DNA from: Candidatus Undinarchaeota archaeon
GTDB lineage: Archaea > SpSt-1190 > JASMDC01
Length of the DNA stretch: 64,000 nucleotides
Reading direction: 5' to 3'
Assembly (NCBI GenBank): GCA_964519305.1
Contig: CAZFHY010000005.1
Location: forward strand, 96,001 to 160,000
Below, one piece after another: positions 47,166 to 57,588 of this stretch. The notes under the pieces were generated by a model, which saw only the letters and a program-made list of their open reading frames with translations, had not been told where the DNA came from and did not search any database. Both the position numbers and the translations under genes were made by a program. Position 1 is the stretch's first letter. Each line of letters begins with the position of its first letter.

Positions 47166-48832
47166 AGCATGACGCTCCGAGCCTTCTCTGTATCGATCCA
47201 TGAGCGACACGTACCCGCGCGGGCCGCCACCTCAAGGGGCAAGGTCCGTTGGACCGTCGCACTTTCACGGACCGGCACCCAGTCAGCGCATGTGTCCAGA
47301 TAGAGGACACACTCGCTCCGTGCTAGAGCCCGGAGCCGGTCGCGTAGCTTGACATCACCGGCGGCCGCACGGACGTCAACAGCTGGGCTACCGGTATAGA
47401 ACGCCGTGGCCAGCGGGATAGGGGATACCATGGTGCATTCCCTGAAAGGGGATGAGGCCAGCCATTGACCGGTGCGCGCGTTCTGGAAGAACAGGTCGTC
47501 TAGAGGGCCCGCTGCCGTCCCTGCATTCCCGCTATGGAGCTGGAGCATCGCTGCTGACCCCTGAGTATGGAACCGGAGGAGCATTATCACCAGCAAGGCC
47601 GCCGCCGTCCGACCACCGCCCGGGAACGAGTTCGCGAGCGCACCTAGACCGACACCGGCAAGCACAGGTAGCAGGCACACTGCGTTGAAAACATGGCGTG
47701 GATCAGAGGCGAAGAAGCTATTGGCCGCGATGAGCGCTATTACATAACCCAGCACAAGTACATGGCCGCGCTGTGGTCGTGCTGCCACACCAGCGATTGC
47801 CAGAAGTGTGGCCCACACGACCAGCGGGTCCACGTCACCCCACTGGTTCCCAAGCACCCTTATCATAGGATCGTCCGACGGCTCGGGCGGCCCTGGAGTC
47901 CAGTAGCGGACACCGGCGAAAACATGGAGGAGGTAACCCGGTAATGATCCATTGGTCCCGATGTCCGATCCCTCTTTGAGGACCTTGTCGAAAGAGAACT
48001 CCTCGAAGGCGCCCTCTGCCCAGGGAGATGGGAGCCCGCCTTCGGGCGCAGCACCCGGCGGGAGCGCTGCGAGGAGTAGGAGAGAGGGCACCAGCGCTAC
48101 CGCTGTGAAGAGAGCCGCTCGTCGAACCCCCGTGCCATACCAGAGGTAAAGAGCGATAACGGGAACTACCACCGTATCGGCCGTGCGCACCTGAGTAGCA
48201 AGACCTGCTGCGATGGCGGCCGCCACTGTCCATGGGAATGCCCGGCCTCGACGGGATGAATAGACCGCAAGGACCAGGGCCAGGAGCGTCAGGGTAAAGG
48301 AGGAGGACGCGCTCCACCCTGTGACCGAGTAGCGTATGTGCTCAGGACTGAGAGCGATAAGAGCGGCCGCTGCGAGCGCGCCCCAATGATCACGGAACAG
48401 AATGTATACAAGCACAAAGATCAGGGGGACCGCGAGGGTTCCCGCGATCGCTGACACAAGGGCTGCTGCCCGGTCCGTGCCGCCCAGGAGAGCGAGCGGT
48501 ATTGTCGTGAGGGCGGCGTAGCCCGACCGATGTGCGGGCGGGAGCAGGTGGAGGTTCAGAGGATAGCCCGCCCGTTGGTATACCAGCATGTGGCGAGCCG
48601 ATAGGAGTACCTCGTACTCGTCCGAGTACACTATCGCTGCTGCCTCGATGTTGCTGAGGCGGAGCCCCGCAGCCACTAGTACAAGCAGGAGGAGACAGTT
48701 GCGCACCTCGTGGGGAAGGTCGAGCACTTCACGTCGATGGCGTCGAACGAGCAGCACAAGAACGAGAGCGAGGGCCCAGATCATGAGATGCAGCATGACG
48801 GGTACGAGCGTGAGGGGATCGAGCGCGCCCAT
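47141..48832 (-). CDS. PMT/GT39-like polytopic glycosyltransferase
   Basis: LR..SDEY, many TM helices, AAALIALSPEHIRYS. Confidence 0.7.
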   Translation of the reverse strand: MGALDPLTLVPVMLHLMIWALALVLVLLVRRHRREVLDLPHEVRNCLLLLVLVAAGLRLSNIEAAAIVYSDEYEVLLSARHMLVYQRAGYPLNLHLLPPAHRSGYAALTTIPLALLGGTDRAAALVSAIAGTLAVPLIFVLVYILFRDHWGALAAAALIALSPEHIRYSVTGWSASSSFTLTLLALVLAVYSSRRGRAFPWTVAAAIAAGLATQVRTADTVVVPVIALYLWYGTGVRRAALFTAVALVPSLLLLAALPPGAAPEGGLPSPWAEGAFEEFSFDKVLKEGSDIGTNGSLPGYLLHVFAGVRYWTPGPPEPSDDPMIRVLGNQWGDVDPLVVWATLLAIAGVAARPQRGHVLVLGYVIALIAANSFFASDPRHVFNAVCLLPVLAGVGLGALANSFPGGGRTAAALLVIMLLRFHTQGSAAMLQLHSGNAGTAAGPLDDLFFQNARTGQWLASSPFRECTMVSPIPLATAFYTGSPAVDVRAAAGDVKLRDRLRALARSECVLYLDTCADWVPVRESATVQRTLPLEVAARAGTCRSWIDTEKARSVMLYRVLSGS

Positions 48833-48841
48833 GGGGTCGCC

Positions 48842-50017
48842 CTACGCTTGCTGTGCGCCACCGCGGCCGAGAATGATGGCCACCACGAGCACCAGGACCA
48901 CAACGCCCATGATGAGGAGGGTGGACGAGTCGCCCCCGCTGCCGCCACCGGCTCCGGGCTCGGGCCAGCCTGTCTCGTAGATCATGTCCCCTGGCTGGGG
49001 GGAGTTGGTGCCTGCAGGCCATACGCGAACCGCTGTCCTGTATCCGCTAAGGTCCGCGAGCTTGGGTATGCGCGCTTGCATCCAATTGCGACCGAACACA
49101 ACCGCCATTTTCTCAGTGGACAGTTCCTTTAATGAGGGCGTGTGCTGGTAGAGATGGTACTCCTTGCTCAGTTTGATGTTGGCAGCGTAGTCGGCGCGCG
49201 CATCACCGTCGGTATCGAACATTATGTCGTAGATATGGAACGGATTATTGCTGTCGGTATGGAGGTCGATCTTGAGGTAGATGTACTCGGTGTCCTCCTT
49301 GATGGCGAGCGAGCGCAGGTCTGTCCCAAGGTCGTGGTCCCCTTGTGCATCCGTGGCCAGCGGGGCAACCCCTTGCCAGCTCACGCCCTGCCAAACAGGG
49401 GCGGGCGTGGGCGTGGGGGCGGGTGTCGCGGTAGGAAGGAGCGTGACGGCAACAGGTGGTGCATCCCCTCCGCCCGGAGGGTACTCGGTCCACTCGGGAT
49501 TGTCTATCCGGTCGGAGCCCTCTTCAAAATCCCCGAAAGGCCAGACTGTAAGCTGGACCTTTAATCTGTAGTCACCGTTCGTGATGTTGAGCGGGATCCT
49601 GATCTGGACCTCGGTTCCCCGGTACATTATCGCCGTGTTCCCCGGCCGGCTCAGTTCCCGTGCGAACTCACCGTTCACGTTCTTCGTCTCGTACCAAAGG
49701 ACAGTACCACGAGGGAAGAAATTTGTTGCGTAGCCCACGACGTCTTCCGTGGGCTCGAATAGGTCAAGAGCGAACTCGTAGTTGGTACTCGGCTGTACCG
49801 GTGTATGATGGTCCACCTTGATGTACAGGTATTCGCTGTCGTGGGTTATGTAGAGCGCCTTTAGGTCCACGTCCCCGAATCGATGGTCGTCCTGCGGGTC
49901 TTCCGCCAGGGGTCTGATGCGACCCCAGTCCATACCTTCCCACAAAGCCCTAGGGATGGCAATGGCTGGTTGAAGGAGCAGTGCAACGAGCAGCAAGGCG
50001 ACTACCGCCGACCTCAT
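48842..50017 (-). CDS. Surface protein with two tandem DOMON/CBM9-like repeats and a C-terminal TM anchor
   Basis: W.G..W....PLA.D..D...DL..L.I..D.EY.Y.K.D occurs twice; PTATPAPTPTP linker; signal peptide; TTTTTAAT about 23 bp upstream. Confidence 0.7.
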   Translation of the reverse strand: MRSAVVALLLVALLLQPAIAIPRALWEGMDWGRIRPLAEDPQDDHRFGDVDLKALYITHDSEYLYIKVDHHTPVQPSTNYEFALDLFEPTEDVVGYATNFFPRGTVLWYETKNVNGEFARELSRPGNTAIMYRGTEVQIRIPLNITNGDYRLKVQLTVWPFGDFEEGSDRIDNPEWTEYPPGGGDAPPVAVTLLPTATPAPTPTPAPVWQGVSWQGVAPLATDAQGDHDLGTDLRSLAIKEDTEYIYLKIDLHTDSNNPFHIYDIMFDTDGDARADYAANIKLSKEYHLYQHTPSLKELSTEKMAVVFGRNWMQARIPKLADLSGYRTAVRVWPAGTNSPQPGDMIYETGWPEPGAGGGSGGDSSTLLIMGVVVLVLVVAIILGRGGAQQA

Positions 50018-50184
50018 GAGCGTTGTTTGGCCGGGAAGTATTAAAAAGATGATGGCGGCGCCGGAGATTGACTTAATAGGGGCCGCGCCCCCATCGTGGG
50101 TTCGATTATCACACGACCACCCCATGAGAAACGTTAAAAGAGCGATTCACCCGCGTCCCGCAGTAACGATCGGTGTCGACCATC

Positions 50185-51072
50185 ATGACCGTCTACGCGC
50201 TCGAGGACGTCGTTGGGGTATACCATGCCAAGGGTACCGAAGAACTGGCCGCTGATCAGTGTGACTATGAGTTCACTGCGGGTGCCTGGTTGCCTTACGA
50301 AGTACCGCCTGCGGTCTCGGACGCGGTCAAGGGACTCGTCGAGGAGCGCATGCCCGGCTACCATTATCTCGGCGGCGGCAAGGACTGTCGCGCCTTTGTG
50401 AACGAGGATGTTGGGAAGGTGCTGAAGGTCTATGCATCGTGGACCTCGGAAGCGAAGGAACGACTCAAGAGCAACGATGGCTCTCTTCCGGTGAACGCTC
50501 TCAAGGACCTGTATCGGCACGCTCCGCCATTCGAGCTAGAGCACATGGAGGAGGAGCTGGCGAATAACTTTGCCCTTTCCTCCGCACCCTCGATGCAGGA
50601 AACCCTTGCCCGTCACTGCGTGGACGTCCCCCGGTTCTACGGCCACATCACTATCGCTTACAACGATGACATCGCTCTCCACATCGCCGTCCAGGAGTAC
50701 ACACCGCAGCAGGGTGGTCGTATGCAGATGTGGAACGATGACGCTGTCGTTGACGGGAATCGCCTGCGGGTGGAGCGTGATGGGAAGGAGGTCGGACTCT
50801 TCGACTCTCTTCGCTCCGAGGGCATCTATCTCGATACCGGGACGACGAACAACTTCATGGTCCGCAGCGATCGCTCCCTTCGCACAGCAGGATTCGGGAA
50901 CGCGGCTCCAGAGACGACGGTCATCCCTCAGGACCCCTCGGAGCACGAGTTCACCATGACCTACGTTGACTGGATGAATGCGTCGAGCCAAGTGACACAA
51001 CGCGCTCGTAGCGAGGTAGATAGTACGGGTGAGCTCTCACCCGACGAGTTCTGGTCGGTCATCTCCTCGTAG
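50185..51072 (+). CDS. Atypical protein-kinase-fold hypothetical protein
   Basis: LGGGKDCRAF, VLKV, VPRFYG, VQEY, DTGTTNN, VDW in kinase-like order. Confidence 0.55.
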   Translation: MTVYALEDVVGVYHAKGTEELAADQCDYEFTAGAWLPYEVPPAVSDAVKGLVEERMPGYHYLGGGKDCRAFVNEDVGKVLKVYASWTSEAKERLKSNDGSLPVNALKDLYRHAPPFELEHMEEELANNFALSSAPSMQETLARHCVDVPRFYGHITIAYNDDIALHIAVQEYTPQQGGRMQMWNDDAVVDGNRLRVERDGKEVGLFDSLRSEGIYLDTGTTNNFMVRSDRSLRTAGFGNAAPETTVIPQDPSEHEFTMTYVDWMNASSQVTQRARSEVDSTGELSPDEFWSVISS

Positions 51073-51140
51073 GTACGAACGCCGCACATACGCGGCAGAG
51101 AAATCTCACTTATCCGATAACAACTTGAAAAATAAAGGTC

Positions 51141-51166
51141 GGGGAGGGGCGCGATAGCCCCTCCCC
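51141..51166 (-). terminator. GC hairpin downstream of ppsA followed by a T-rich tract
   Basis: Perfect 10-bp stem GGGGAGGGGC / GCCCCTCCCC, 6-nt loop; CTTTATTTTT follows on the minus strand. Confidence 0.7.
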
Positions 51167-51188
51167 TTCTTCATGTTCTACTGTCGAC

Positions 51189-53705
51189 CTACCAGTCAAG
51201 CTCCGGATCGTCCACGAGACCCTTGCCGGTCGCAGCGTCCAGCAGGATGCGCTGCTCCACGGCCGCAACGAGGTTCTTGGTCGCCTTCACGGTGTCCGGG
51301 TTCACCGACACGCTGTCGATGCCGCACTTGATGAGGAACTTCGTGAAGTTCGGGTAGAAGCTCGGCGCCTGCCCACAGATCGAGACGGTCTTGCCTTCTT
51401 TGTGGGCCACCTTGATCAGGTGCTTGATGGCACGCTTGACCACCAGGTTCCGCTCGTCTGCTATGTGGGCGATGGTGTCCGAATCCCGGTCCAGCCCCAT
51501 AAGGAGCATGGTCAGATCGTTGGAACCGATGGAGTACCCGTCAACGTACTTGTTGAACTGGTCGGCCAGGATGATGTTGGAGGGGATCTCCGCCATCACC
51601 CAGATCTGGAAGTCCGGACCCCGCTTGAGGCCGTTCTCCTCCATGATGGCCACCGTCTTGCGGCACTCTTCGACGGTGCGGCAGAACGGAATCATCACGT
51701 GGATGTTGGTAAGCCCGTACTCATTGCGACAGCGCTTGATCGCCTCAAGTTCCAGCTTGAAGGCCTCGATGTACTTGTCGTCGTAGTACCGCGAGGCACC
51801 ACGCCATCCGAGAAGAGGCGCAGGCTCCCTGGGTTCGTACTTCTCGCCTCCCTCCAGATCCCTGTACTCGCTGGACTTGAAGTCCGCGAGGCGCAGGATC
51901 ACAGGGCGGGGGCTCATGGCCTGGGCCACGGTCCGGATGCCCTCTGCCAGCTGGTCAACAACGACCTCGGGCTGACCGATCTCGATGAGGTGGAGGGGAT
52001 GCTTACCGATGAAGGTGCCCCAGATGAACTCTTCCCTCATGAGCCCGATGCCGTCGCACGGCAACTTGGCGTACTCCTCGGCCATGTCAGGATTACCTAG
52101 GTTCATGTATACCTTGGTGCCTGTGGCCTGGAAGAACTCGGCCGCCACGGTCCCTGTAGCGGGAGCCGCCTTGGCCTCGGCCTTCTTCACTGCCTCTTCC
52201 AGAACACCCTCGTACACGACACCAGCACTGGCGTCCACGGTTATCATGTCGCCGTTCTTGAGGATGTCAGTTACGCGTGTGCCCTTGTTGGCTGTGCCTA
52301 CGATACAGGGAATGCCCATCTCGCGGGAAACGATGGCCGCATGGCAGGTCTTGCCACCAGAGTTGGTGACAATGGCCAGCGCCTTCTTCATGGCCGGTAC
52401 CCAGTCAGGATCGGTCATCTCGGTGACGAGGATGGTGCCCTTCTCGAAGGTGTTGAGCACGTTTGCCTTCCAGTCCTTCTCGAGCTGCTCGGCCTCTTTG
52501 GTCTTGCCCTCGGCCTCGAGCTTCTCCATCTGCTCCTCGAGCTCGTCCTTTGGGTACACCATGGCCTTGCCGAACACCATGCCAGGCGAGGCAGCAGTAC
52601 CCTTCACGATGACGTTGCGCTCGCTTGTGGTGGCAACGCCGGCAGCGGCTCCGGCCTCGGCAGGAGCAGCGGCCTCGGGCGCGGCCTTCTGAGACCAGAC
52701 TGTCTCGGGGCGCGCCTGCAGGATGAACAGCTGGTTAGTGCGCTCGTCAAGACCCCACTCGATGTCCATATGTCGACCGTAGTGGTCCTCGATCTTCCTA
52801 GCGTAGTTTGCCAACTCGATAATCTGGTCGTCATTGAGCACCTGGGACTTACCGTCCTCCGGGGGTACCTTGACCTCCAGCACGCCTCCCTCAGGCTTGC
52901 GGATGAGCTGGACGTTCTGGATATTGACGTCCTTGTCCACGATCTGACCGGTGGCCTTGGACACAGTGTAGTTGTCCGGGGACACCTTGCCCTGAACCAC
53001 GTATTCACCCAAGCCGTAAGCGGCCTCGATGTCAACCTGATCTCGGTTGCCGTTGGACACATTGAGTGTGAACATCACACCAGCGGACTTTGAGAACACC
53101 ATTAGCTGGACGACGGCCGAGAGAGCCACCTCCATGTGCTCGAAACCCTTCTGTACGCGGTAGTAGATAGCGCGGTCGGTGAAGAGCGATGCATAGCAGT
53201 GCTTCACCATCTCGATGACCTGCTCGGCGCCAAGGACGTTGAGGTAGGTCTCCTGCTGTCCGGCAAAGGACGCGTCAGGAAGGTCCTCTGCGGTGGCGCT
53301 CGACCGGACCGCCACATAAGGAAGGTCCGTTGTACCGGTCTGGGCCTGGTACTTGGCAGCGAGCTCAAGGTAGGCCTTGCGGAATGCCTCGGCCAGTTCG
53401 GGGGGGATATCCGCGGACTTCACGGTCTCGCGGAGTTCCTCGCCCACCTTCTGGAGCATCTGTGAGTCCTCGGGATCAGTGAGCTGCGAGAGTATCTGTC
53501 CAATTTTGTCCCGCAGGCCACTCTTCTTGATGAAGACATCATATGCGGCCGCGGTGGTCGCGAACCCATAGGGCACGGGGACCTTGGTCTGGGAGGTCAT
53601 CTCCCCGAGCGAGGCGGACTTCCCGCCCACCAGGGGCACATCTGTGTTCCGCAGTTCGTCGAACCACAGTACGAACTTCTGTTCTCTGGGTACATCTTCA
53701 GGCAT
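51189..53705 (-). CDS. ppsA: Phosphoenolpyruvate synthase
   Basis: [69 protein letters not shown]. Confidence 0.96.
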   Translation of the reverse strand: MPEDVPREQKFVLWFDELRNTDVPLVGGKSASLGEMTSQTKVPVPYGFATTAAAYDVFIKKSGLRDKIGQILSQLTDPEDSQMLQKVGEELRETVKSADIPPELAEAFRKAYLELAAKYQAQTGTTDLPYVAVRSSATAEDLPDASFAGQQETYLNVLGAEQVIEMVKHCYASLFTDRAIYYRVQKGFEHMEVALSAVVQLMVFSKSAGVMFTLNVSNGNRDQVDIEAAYGLGEYVVQGKVSPDNYTVSKATGQIVDKDVNIQNVQLIRKPEGGVLEVKVPPEDGKSQVLNDDQIIELANYARKIEDHYGRHMDIEWGLDERTNQLFILQARPETVWSQKAAPEAAAPAEAGAAAGVATTSERNVIVKGTAASPGMVFGKAMVYPKDELEEQMEKLEAEGKTKEAEQLEKDWKANVLNTFEKGTILVTEMTDPDWVPAMKKALAIVTNSGGKTCHAAIVSREMGIPCIVGTANKGTRVTDILKNGDMITVDASAGVVYEGVLEEAVKKAEAKAAPATGTVAAEFFQATGTKVYMNLGNPDMAEEYAKLPCDGIGLMREEFIWGTFIGKHPLHLIEIGQPEVVVDQLAEGIRTVAQAMSPRPVILRLADFKSSEYRDLEGGEKYEPREPAPLLGWRGASRYYDDKYIEAFKLELEAIKRCRNEYGLTNIHVMIPFCRTVEECRKTVAIMEENGLKRGPDFQIWVMAEIPSNIILADQFNKYVDGYSIGSNDLTMLLMGLDRDSDTIAHIADERNLVVKRAIKHLIKVAHKEGKTVSICGQAPSFYPNFTKFLIKCGIDSVSVNPDTVKATKNLVAAVEQRILLDAATGKGLVDDPELDW

Positions 53706-54237
53706 GTGGTGTCACCACCTTCTCCACTAGGATAAGGCAACGGTTCGGAAGCTTCATTTTGGCCCTGTACAGGGCCTCCTTGGCCGTGACGATATTCTCT
53801 TCATCGGTATACACGGTCATGACTTTCTGTTTGGCCTTCACCCGAGCGGTCCTGCCGATGGGCTTACCGAAGGCCTTTTTCATGCCGGTCTGGAACCGGT
53901 CCGCCCCCGCACCAGTAGCAAGAGGGTTCTCTCGCATGATGTGGTGGGGCCAGACGCGGATCTTCAGACGATATCCGAGCTTTCCAAGCTGTTTGGTGAG
54001 ATACTTGTTCGTCGCGACGCGCGCGGCTTCCAGAGCATTATGGCGGAGTTGTTTCCGCTCTGCGGTAACGAGAGAGATCTCCGTGTTAAAAGAACCCGAT
54101 TTATTGCCCATATCGTACATAACGACCTTGGAACCCGGGATTCCTTTGATATACGATTTTCTTGGGAGTCTCTTCGAAAAACGCGTGTAAGCCGGGTTTT
54201 TTACATCCCGGTAGCATTTTGACGGTCTAAGGCCCAT
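53698..54237 (-). CDS. rpl10e: 50S ribosomal protein L10e (uL16)
   Basis: [43 protein letters not shown]. Confidence 0.95.
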   Translation of the reverse strand: MGLRPSKCYRDVKNPAYTRFSKRLPRKSYIKGIPGSKVVMYDMGNKSGSFNTEISLVTAERKQLRHNALEAARVATNKYLTKQLGKLGYRLKIRVWPHHIMRENPLATGAGADRFQTGMKKAFGKPIGRTARVKAKQKVMTVYTDEENIVTAKEALYRAKMKLPNRCLILVEKVVTPHA

Positions 54238-54339
54238 TTGCGATCCATCTCCTTTGAACGAGTACAGCCGCGGAGAACTTCGTGGGATATATAAATCTTG
54301 TTATTGGTTCTAGAGACGCGCGCGAGGAGGGGGAAGCGC

Positions 54340-54945
54340 ATGACGAAGGCTATAACTTGCATGAAATGCGGGGCACCGCTCCAGCTAACTAATCCCGACG
54401 TCAGAACCATCAAGTGCGAGTTCTGTGACGTCATCAACCAGCTCGATACGGAACAGAACCCGGCAAAGATGGGCAAGTTCGTCCCGAAGAAGACTTCCGC
54501 CGGCCCGCTAAAGGTCGGTATGCAGGGCAACTTCCGCGGGCAGCAGCCCTTCACGATCTCAGGTGCCTTAGAGTACTCTGAGGACGGTGATACGTGGTAT
54601 GAGTACATGTGCGAGTTCGCAGACGGCACCCTCGGGTGGCTGCAATATGATGATGGGGACTGGACCATGTACTTCAAGAAGCGCCTGAAGACCCCCATCC
54701 CGCCCGGCGTAAGGGCCAACTCGCGTATCAATATCAACGGGATGTCCGTCACGGTGGAGGAGGTGGGCACCGCCCGCATCACCCACGTCGAGGGCCAGAT
54801 CCCATTCGCTGTTGACTACGAAGAGGAGGTCGACTATATCGACGGATGGACGGAGGACGATAAGGCGATCAGCATCGAGATGGCCGAGGATGAGGTAGAG
54901 CTCTTCATCGGTCGCGAGGTTAACCGCCGGATGCTGGGAGTATAG
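54340..54945 (+). CDS. Zinc-ribbon plus DUF4178 domain protein
   Basis: CMKCGA..CEFC, LKVGMQG, WYEY..GWL..D.G.W, VEGQIP. Confidence 0.7.
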   Translation: MTKAITCMKCGAPLQLTNPDVRTIKCEFCDVINQLDTEQNPAKMGKFVPKKTSAGPLKVGMQGNFRGQQPFTISGALEYSEDGDTWYEYMCEFADGTLGWLQYDDGDWTMYFKKRLKTPIPPGVRANSRININGMSVTVEEVGTARITHVEGQIPFAVDYEEEVDYIDGWTEDDKAISIEMAEDEVELFIGREVNRRMLGV

Positions 54946-54957
54946 GGAGGAGATCAC

Positions 54958-55494
54958 ATGGCTATCGAGTTCGAACACGGTATCAAGGACAAACTCGTCA
55001 ACCTCATACCGGGGTATGGCGGATATGCAAGCAAGGAGCGCAGAAGGGAGACCGACAGGCTCATCAGGGATAAGGCAGTGCTCTTCCTTGAGCACGGCAA
55101 GGGAGCGGTCGACCAGCTACAGGCCATGCTCCTTCAACTGGGCCAGCGCAACAGCCTCCCCATGGCAGAGAAACTGCGTAGCCAGATCGATGTGGTGAAC
55201 GCCACCATCCGCTCGGCCGAGTACGGGTACGGCGGTCTCTTCGACCAGGTCAAGGTCAAGGAGAACACACTGGAAGGCCTGGCGAACTACGACGGTCGCA
55301 TCATCATCAAGTCGAAGAACTTCCAGCGTCACTGTGAGGAACTCACCGATAAGGCCATGGGGGCCCCCGATACGGTGCTCAAGGAGATCCTCGACCTACA
55401 GCGTGAGATCGAGGTCATCCGCAAGGATTTCGAACGACGCAAGGATGTCATCAACGGCGTAGTCACCATCGAGGACGACGTCGATTTCTCGTAG
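54958..55494 (+). CDS. Conserved helical hypothetical protein (IPGYGGY..KE.RRE.D)
   Basis: RBS GGGAGG, helical/coiled-coil composition, YGYGGLFD motif. Confidence 0.65.
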   Translation: MAIEFEHGIKDKLVNLIPGYGGYASKERRRETDRLIRDKAVLFLEHGKGAVDQLQAMLLQLGQRNSLPMAEKLRSQIDVVNATIRSAEYGYGGLFDQVKVKENTLEGLANYDGRIIIKSKNFQRHCEELTDKAMGAPDTVLKEILDLQREIEVIRKDFERRKDVINGVVTIEDDVDFS

Positions 55495-55503
55495 GTGTTG
55501 CTC

Positions 55504-55920
55504 ATGACCCAGGAAGAAATGGCCATCAAGATCGCGGGCGCCATCGTGGTCCTCGGTATCATCTACTACATCTACATGCTCCGTGACAAGCGCCGTCGGG
55601 CCGCTATCGCCGCCCATGACGACATCCGTAAAATGATCAACGACCTGCGACGGTCCGCCGAGTACATGGACAGTCGCATCCAGTGGACGTTCCAGGAGGG
55701 GGGCGACTACGAGTCCCTCATCCGCGTGAACCAGATGCTCGCAAAGCTTCAGGAGAAGGGCGACTGGAACATCGCCGCTTTCAAAGAGAAGCACAACGAC
55801 GAATGGAACGACGTGCAGAACTCTCTCTCCGAGTGGGTGAAGAAGAAGCCCAACTACGATACGAAGGACGATTTCCTGCGCGACGTCAAACGACTTGAGG
55901 ATATAATCCAGAGGTGGTAA
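55504..55920 (+). CDS. Small membrane-anchored helical protein
   Basis: N-terminal TM helix followed by RDKRRR; AGGTG RBS. Confidence 0.6.
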   Translation: MTQEEMAIKIAGAIVVLGIIYYIYMLRDKRRRAAIAAHDDIRKMINDLRRSAEYMDSRIQWTFQEGGDYESLIRVNQMLAKLQEKGDWNIAAFKEKHNDEWNDVQNSLSEWVKKKPNYDTKDDFLRDVKRLEDIIQRW

Positions 55921-55923
55921 TCA

Positions 55924-56982
55924 ATGCCGATATCAGCCTATACTGTTGAATGGCAGCCCGGAGAGCTCGCGAAGATAGTGGACGTGGGGCGAATCCCACA
56001 CTTCCTCGTCAACGAGTACGAGCGCTGTCTGTTCATCCGCGACGGTAAGATCTATCAGGAATTCGGTGCCGGACGGCACGTGACCTCGAACATGCCCATC
56101 GTGGGCAGTTCTCAGTTCGTGTACGTGCGACTGCGACCCTTCGAGTTCAAGTGGGGCCTGCCCGAAACGTTCTCCAAGGACAACGTTCGAGTAGGGGCAT
56201 TCGGCACCATGGAACTGCAGATCAGCGATTCAAAGCTGTTCTACACTCAGGTGCTGGCCGGGAAGCCCTTGTACAACACGCAGATGCTCCGAGCACAGCT
56301 CATGGACAACATCCAGGGGGTCATCCGTTCAGAGCTATCCAACCTCGATGTCAAGCAGATCTACGTCGAGAGGGACGTGCTCATCTCTGTCGTTCGCGCC
56401 AAGCTCCAGGAGCTCTTCGGCGTCCGCGGTATCGACTACAAGCGCCTTGAGATCCAGGGCGTGAACGTTCCCGACAACATCAAGGAGGCGCTGGAGTCGC
56501 TGAAACTCCAGGAGATCTCCATGATGAAGAAGAAGTCGGAGATGTCCGTAGAGATGGAGCGGATGAAGATGGCCCAGGAGATGGGCATCGATGCTCTCAA
56601 GCTCAAGGAGATGGAGATCCTCGAGAAGAGCCCCGACATCCTCGGCAAGAAGTACGAGAAGGAATCGTACCAGCAGGCCATGCAGGCATCCCGCACGTCC
56701 AACGTAAATGTGGGCGTCATGGGTCAGCCTCAGATGTCCCCTGATCAGCAGATGTGGCAGCAGCAGATGATGATGCAGCAGCAGCAGCGTCAACAGATGG
56801 CAACACGGCAGTGGCAGCAGCAGCCCATGCAGGGCGCACCACAGCCCGCAGCCCCTGCAGCAGCACCCGCCGGCGACGACATCGGGACCAAGCTCAACAA
56901 GCTCAAGGGACTCTTCGAGCAGGGACTAATCAGCGAGCAGGAGTACGCCCAGAAGAAGCAGGAGCTGATGTCCAACTTCTAG
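55924..56982 (+). CDS. SPFH/Band-7 protein with Gln/Met-rich linker and C-terminal SHOCT domain
   Basis: LVNEYE..LF.RDGK...FGAG, FKWG, AFG; KLNKLKGLFEQGLISEQEYAQKKQEL (SHOCT). Confidence 0.8.
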   Translation: MPISAYTVEWQPGELAKIVDVGRIPHFLVNEYERCLFIRDGKIYQEFGAGRHVTSNMPIVGSSQFVYVRLRPFEFKWGLPETFSKDNVRVGAFGTMELQISDSKLFYTQVLAGKPLYNTQMLRAQLMDNIQGVIRSELSNLDVKQIYVERDVLISVVRAKLQELFGVRGIDYKRLEIQGVNVPDNIKEALESLKLQEISMMKKKSEMSVEMERMKMAQEMGIDALKLKEMEILEKSPDILGKKYEKESYQQAMQASRTSNVNVGVMGQPQMSPDQQMWQQQMMMQQQQRQQMATRQWQQQPMQGAPQPAAPAAAPAGDDIGTKLNKLKGLFEQGLISEQEYAQKKQELMSNF

Positions 56983-57575
56983 GGTACGAGAGGCATCGGT
57001 GGTCGGGGCAATCGTGAGTCGGGCCAGTTCCCATACTCTTCTCTGAATAGTATCAGGGTCACGTTCCCATCTTGGGCGGTCCCTGTTACGAGGCTGCATC
57101 TGACGTCCGAGCGACACGCGTTGTAGCCACGCTTATTACCCGCTTCCAGGAACGGACGACCCACGGGGCCCGCGGTCATGTAGTAGTCGAGCCCGTGAGG
57201 CCCCAGATTATTCTCGACGAAGGGCCCCATCTCCCTATCGATCGCCACGGGTACGTAGTCGACCGCGTCTTGGGTATCTATCTTCCCACCTCTGGCAGCG
57301 TGTTGGAGCAGTTGACGTATCGTTATGTTCCCCTCCAGACCCTCATCCGTTCCTGAGAGCAGTATCGAGAGCATGTGTCCTGCGATGAGAGTGAGAGCGT
57401 CTCCTTCGAAGTCTCTTGCGTACGACAAGCGGTCGTCGGTTTCCCAGCGGAGCCCTTGCAGCTCTTGCTCGAGCTCGGTCTTGTCCCGGACGAGGCTGAC
57501 GCACTTGGCGAGGAGGACGATGCACGCGATGAGGAGCAGGATGATAACGACGACAGCAGGTTTGTTCAATGACAT
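56979..57575 (-). CDS. Membrane-anchored paralog of the pilin-like protein at 58571-59119
   Basis: N-terminal TM helix; colinear similarity across the C-terminal ~110 aa. Confidence 0.65.
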   Translation of the reverse strand: MSLNKPAVVVIILLLIACIVLLAKCVSLVRDKTELEQELQGLRWETDDRLSYARDFEGDALTLIAGHMLSILLSGTDEGLEGNITIRQLLQHAARGGKIDTQDAVDYVPVAIDREMGPFVENNLGPHGLDYYMTAGPVGRPFLEAGNKRGYNACRSDVRCSLVTGTAQDGNVTLILFREEYGNWPDSRLPRPPMPLVP

Positions 57576-57588
57576 TTCATGAAGCCCC

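Noticed and set aside
39528-50017. Mobile or integrated island
   Set aside because: No integrase, transposase, att-like repeats or tRNA anchor seen; any compositional shift could not be quantified.
50052-50124. tRNA-like fragments (GTGGGTTCGATTATCAC T-arm mimic; minus-strand end ..CCGGCGCCGCCA)
   Set aside because: T-stem is mismatched and no acceptor, D or anticodon arm could be folded; tRNAscan-SE/Infernal would settle it.
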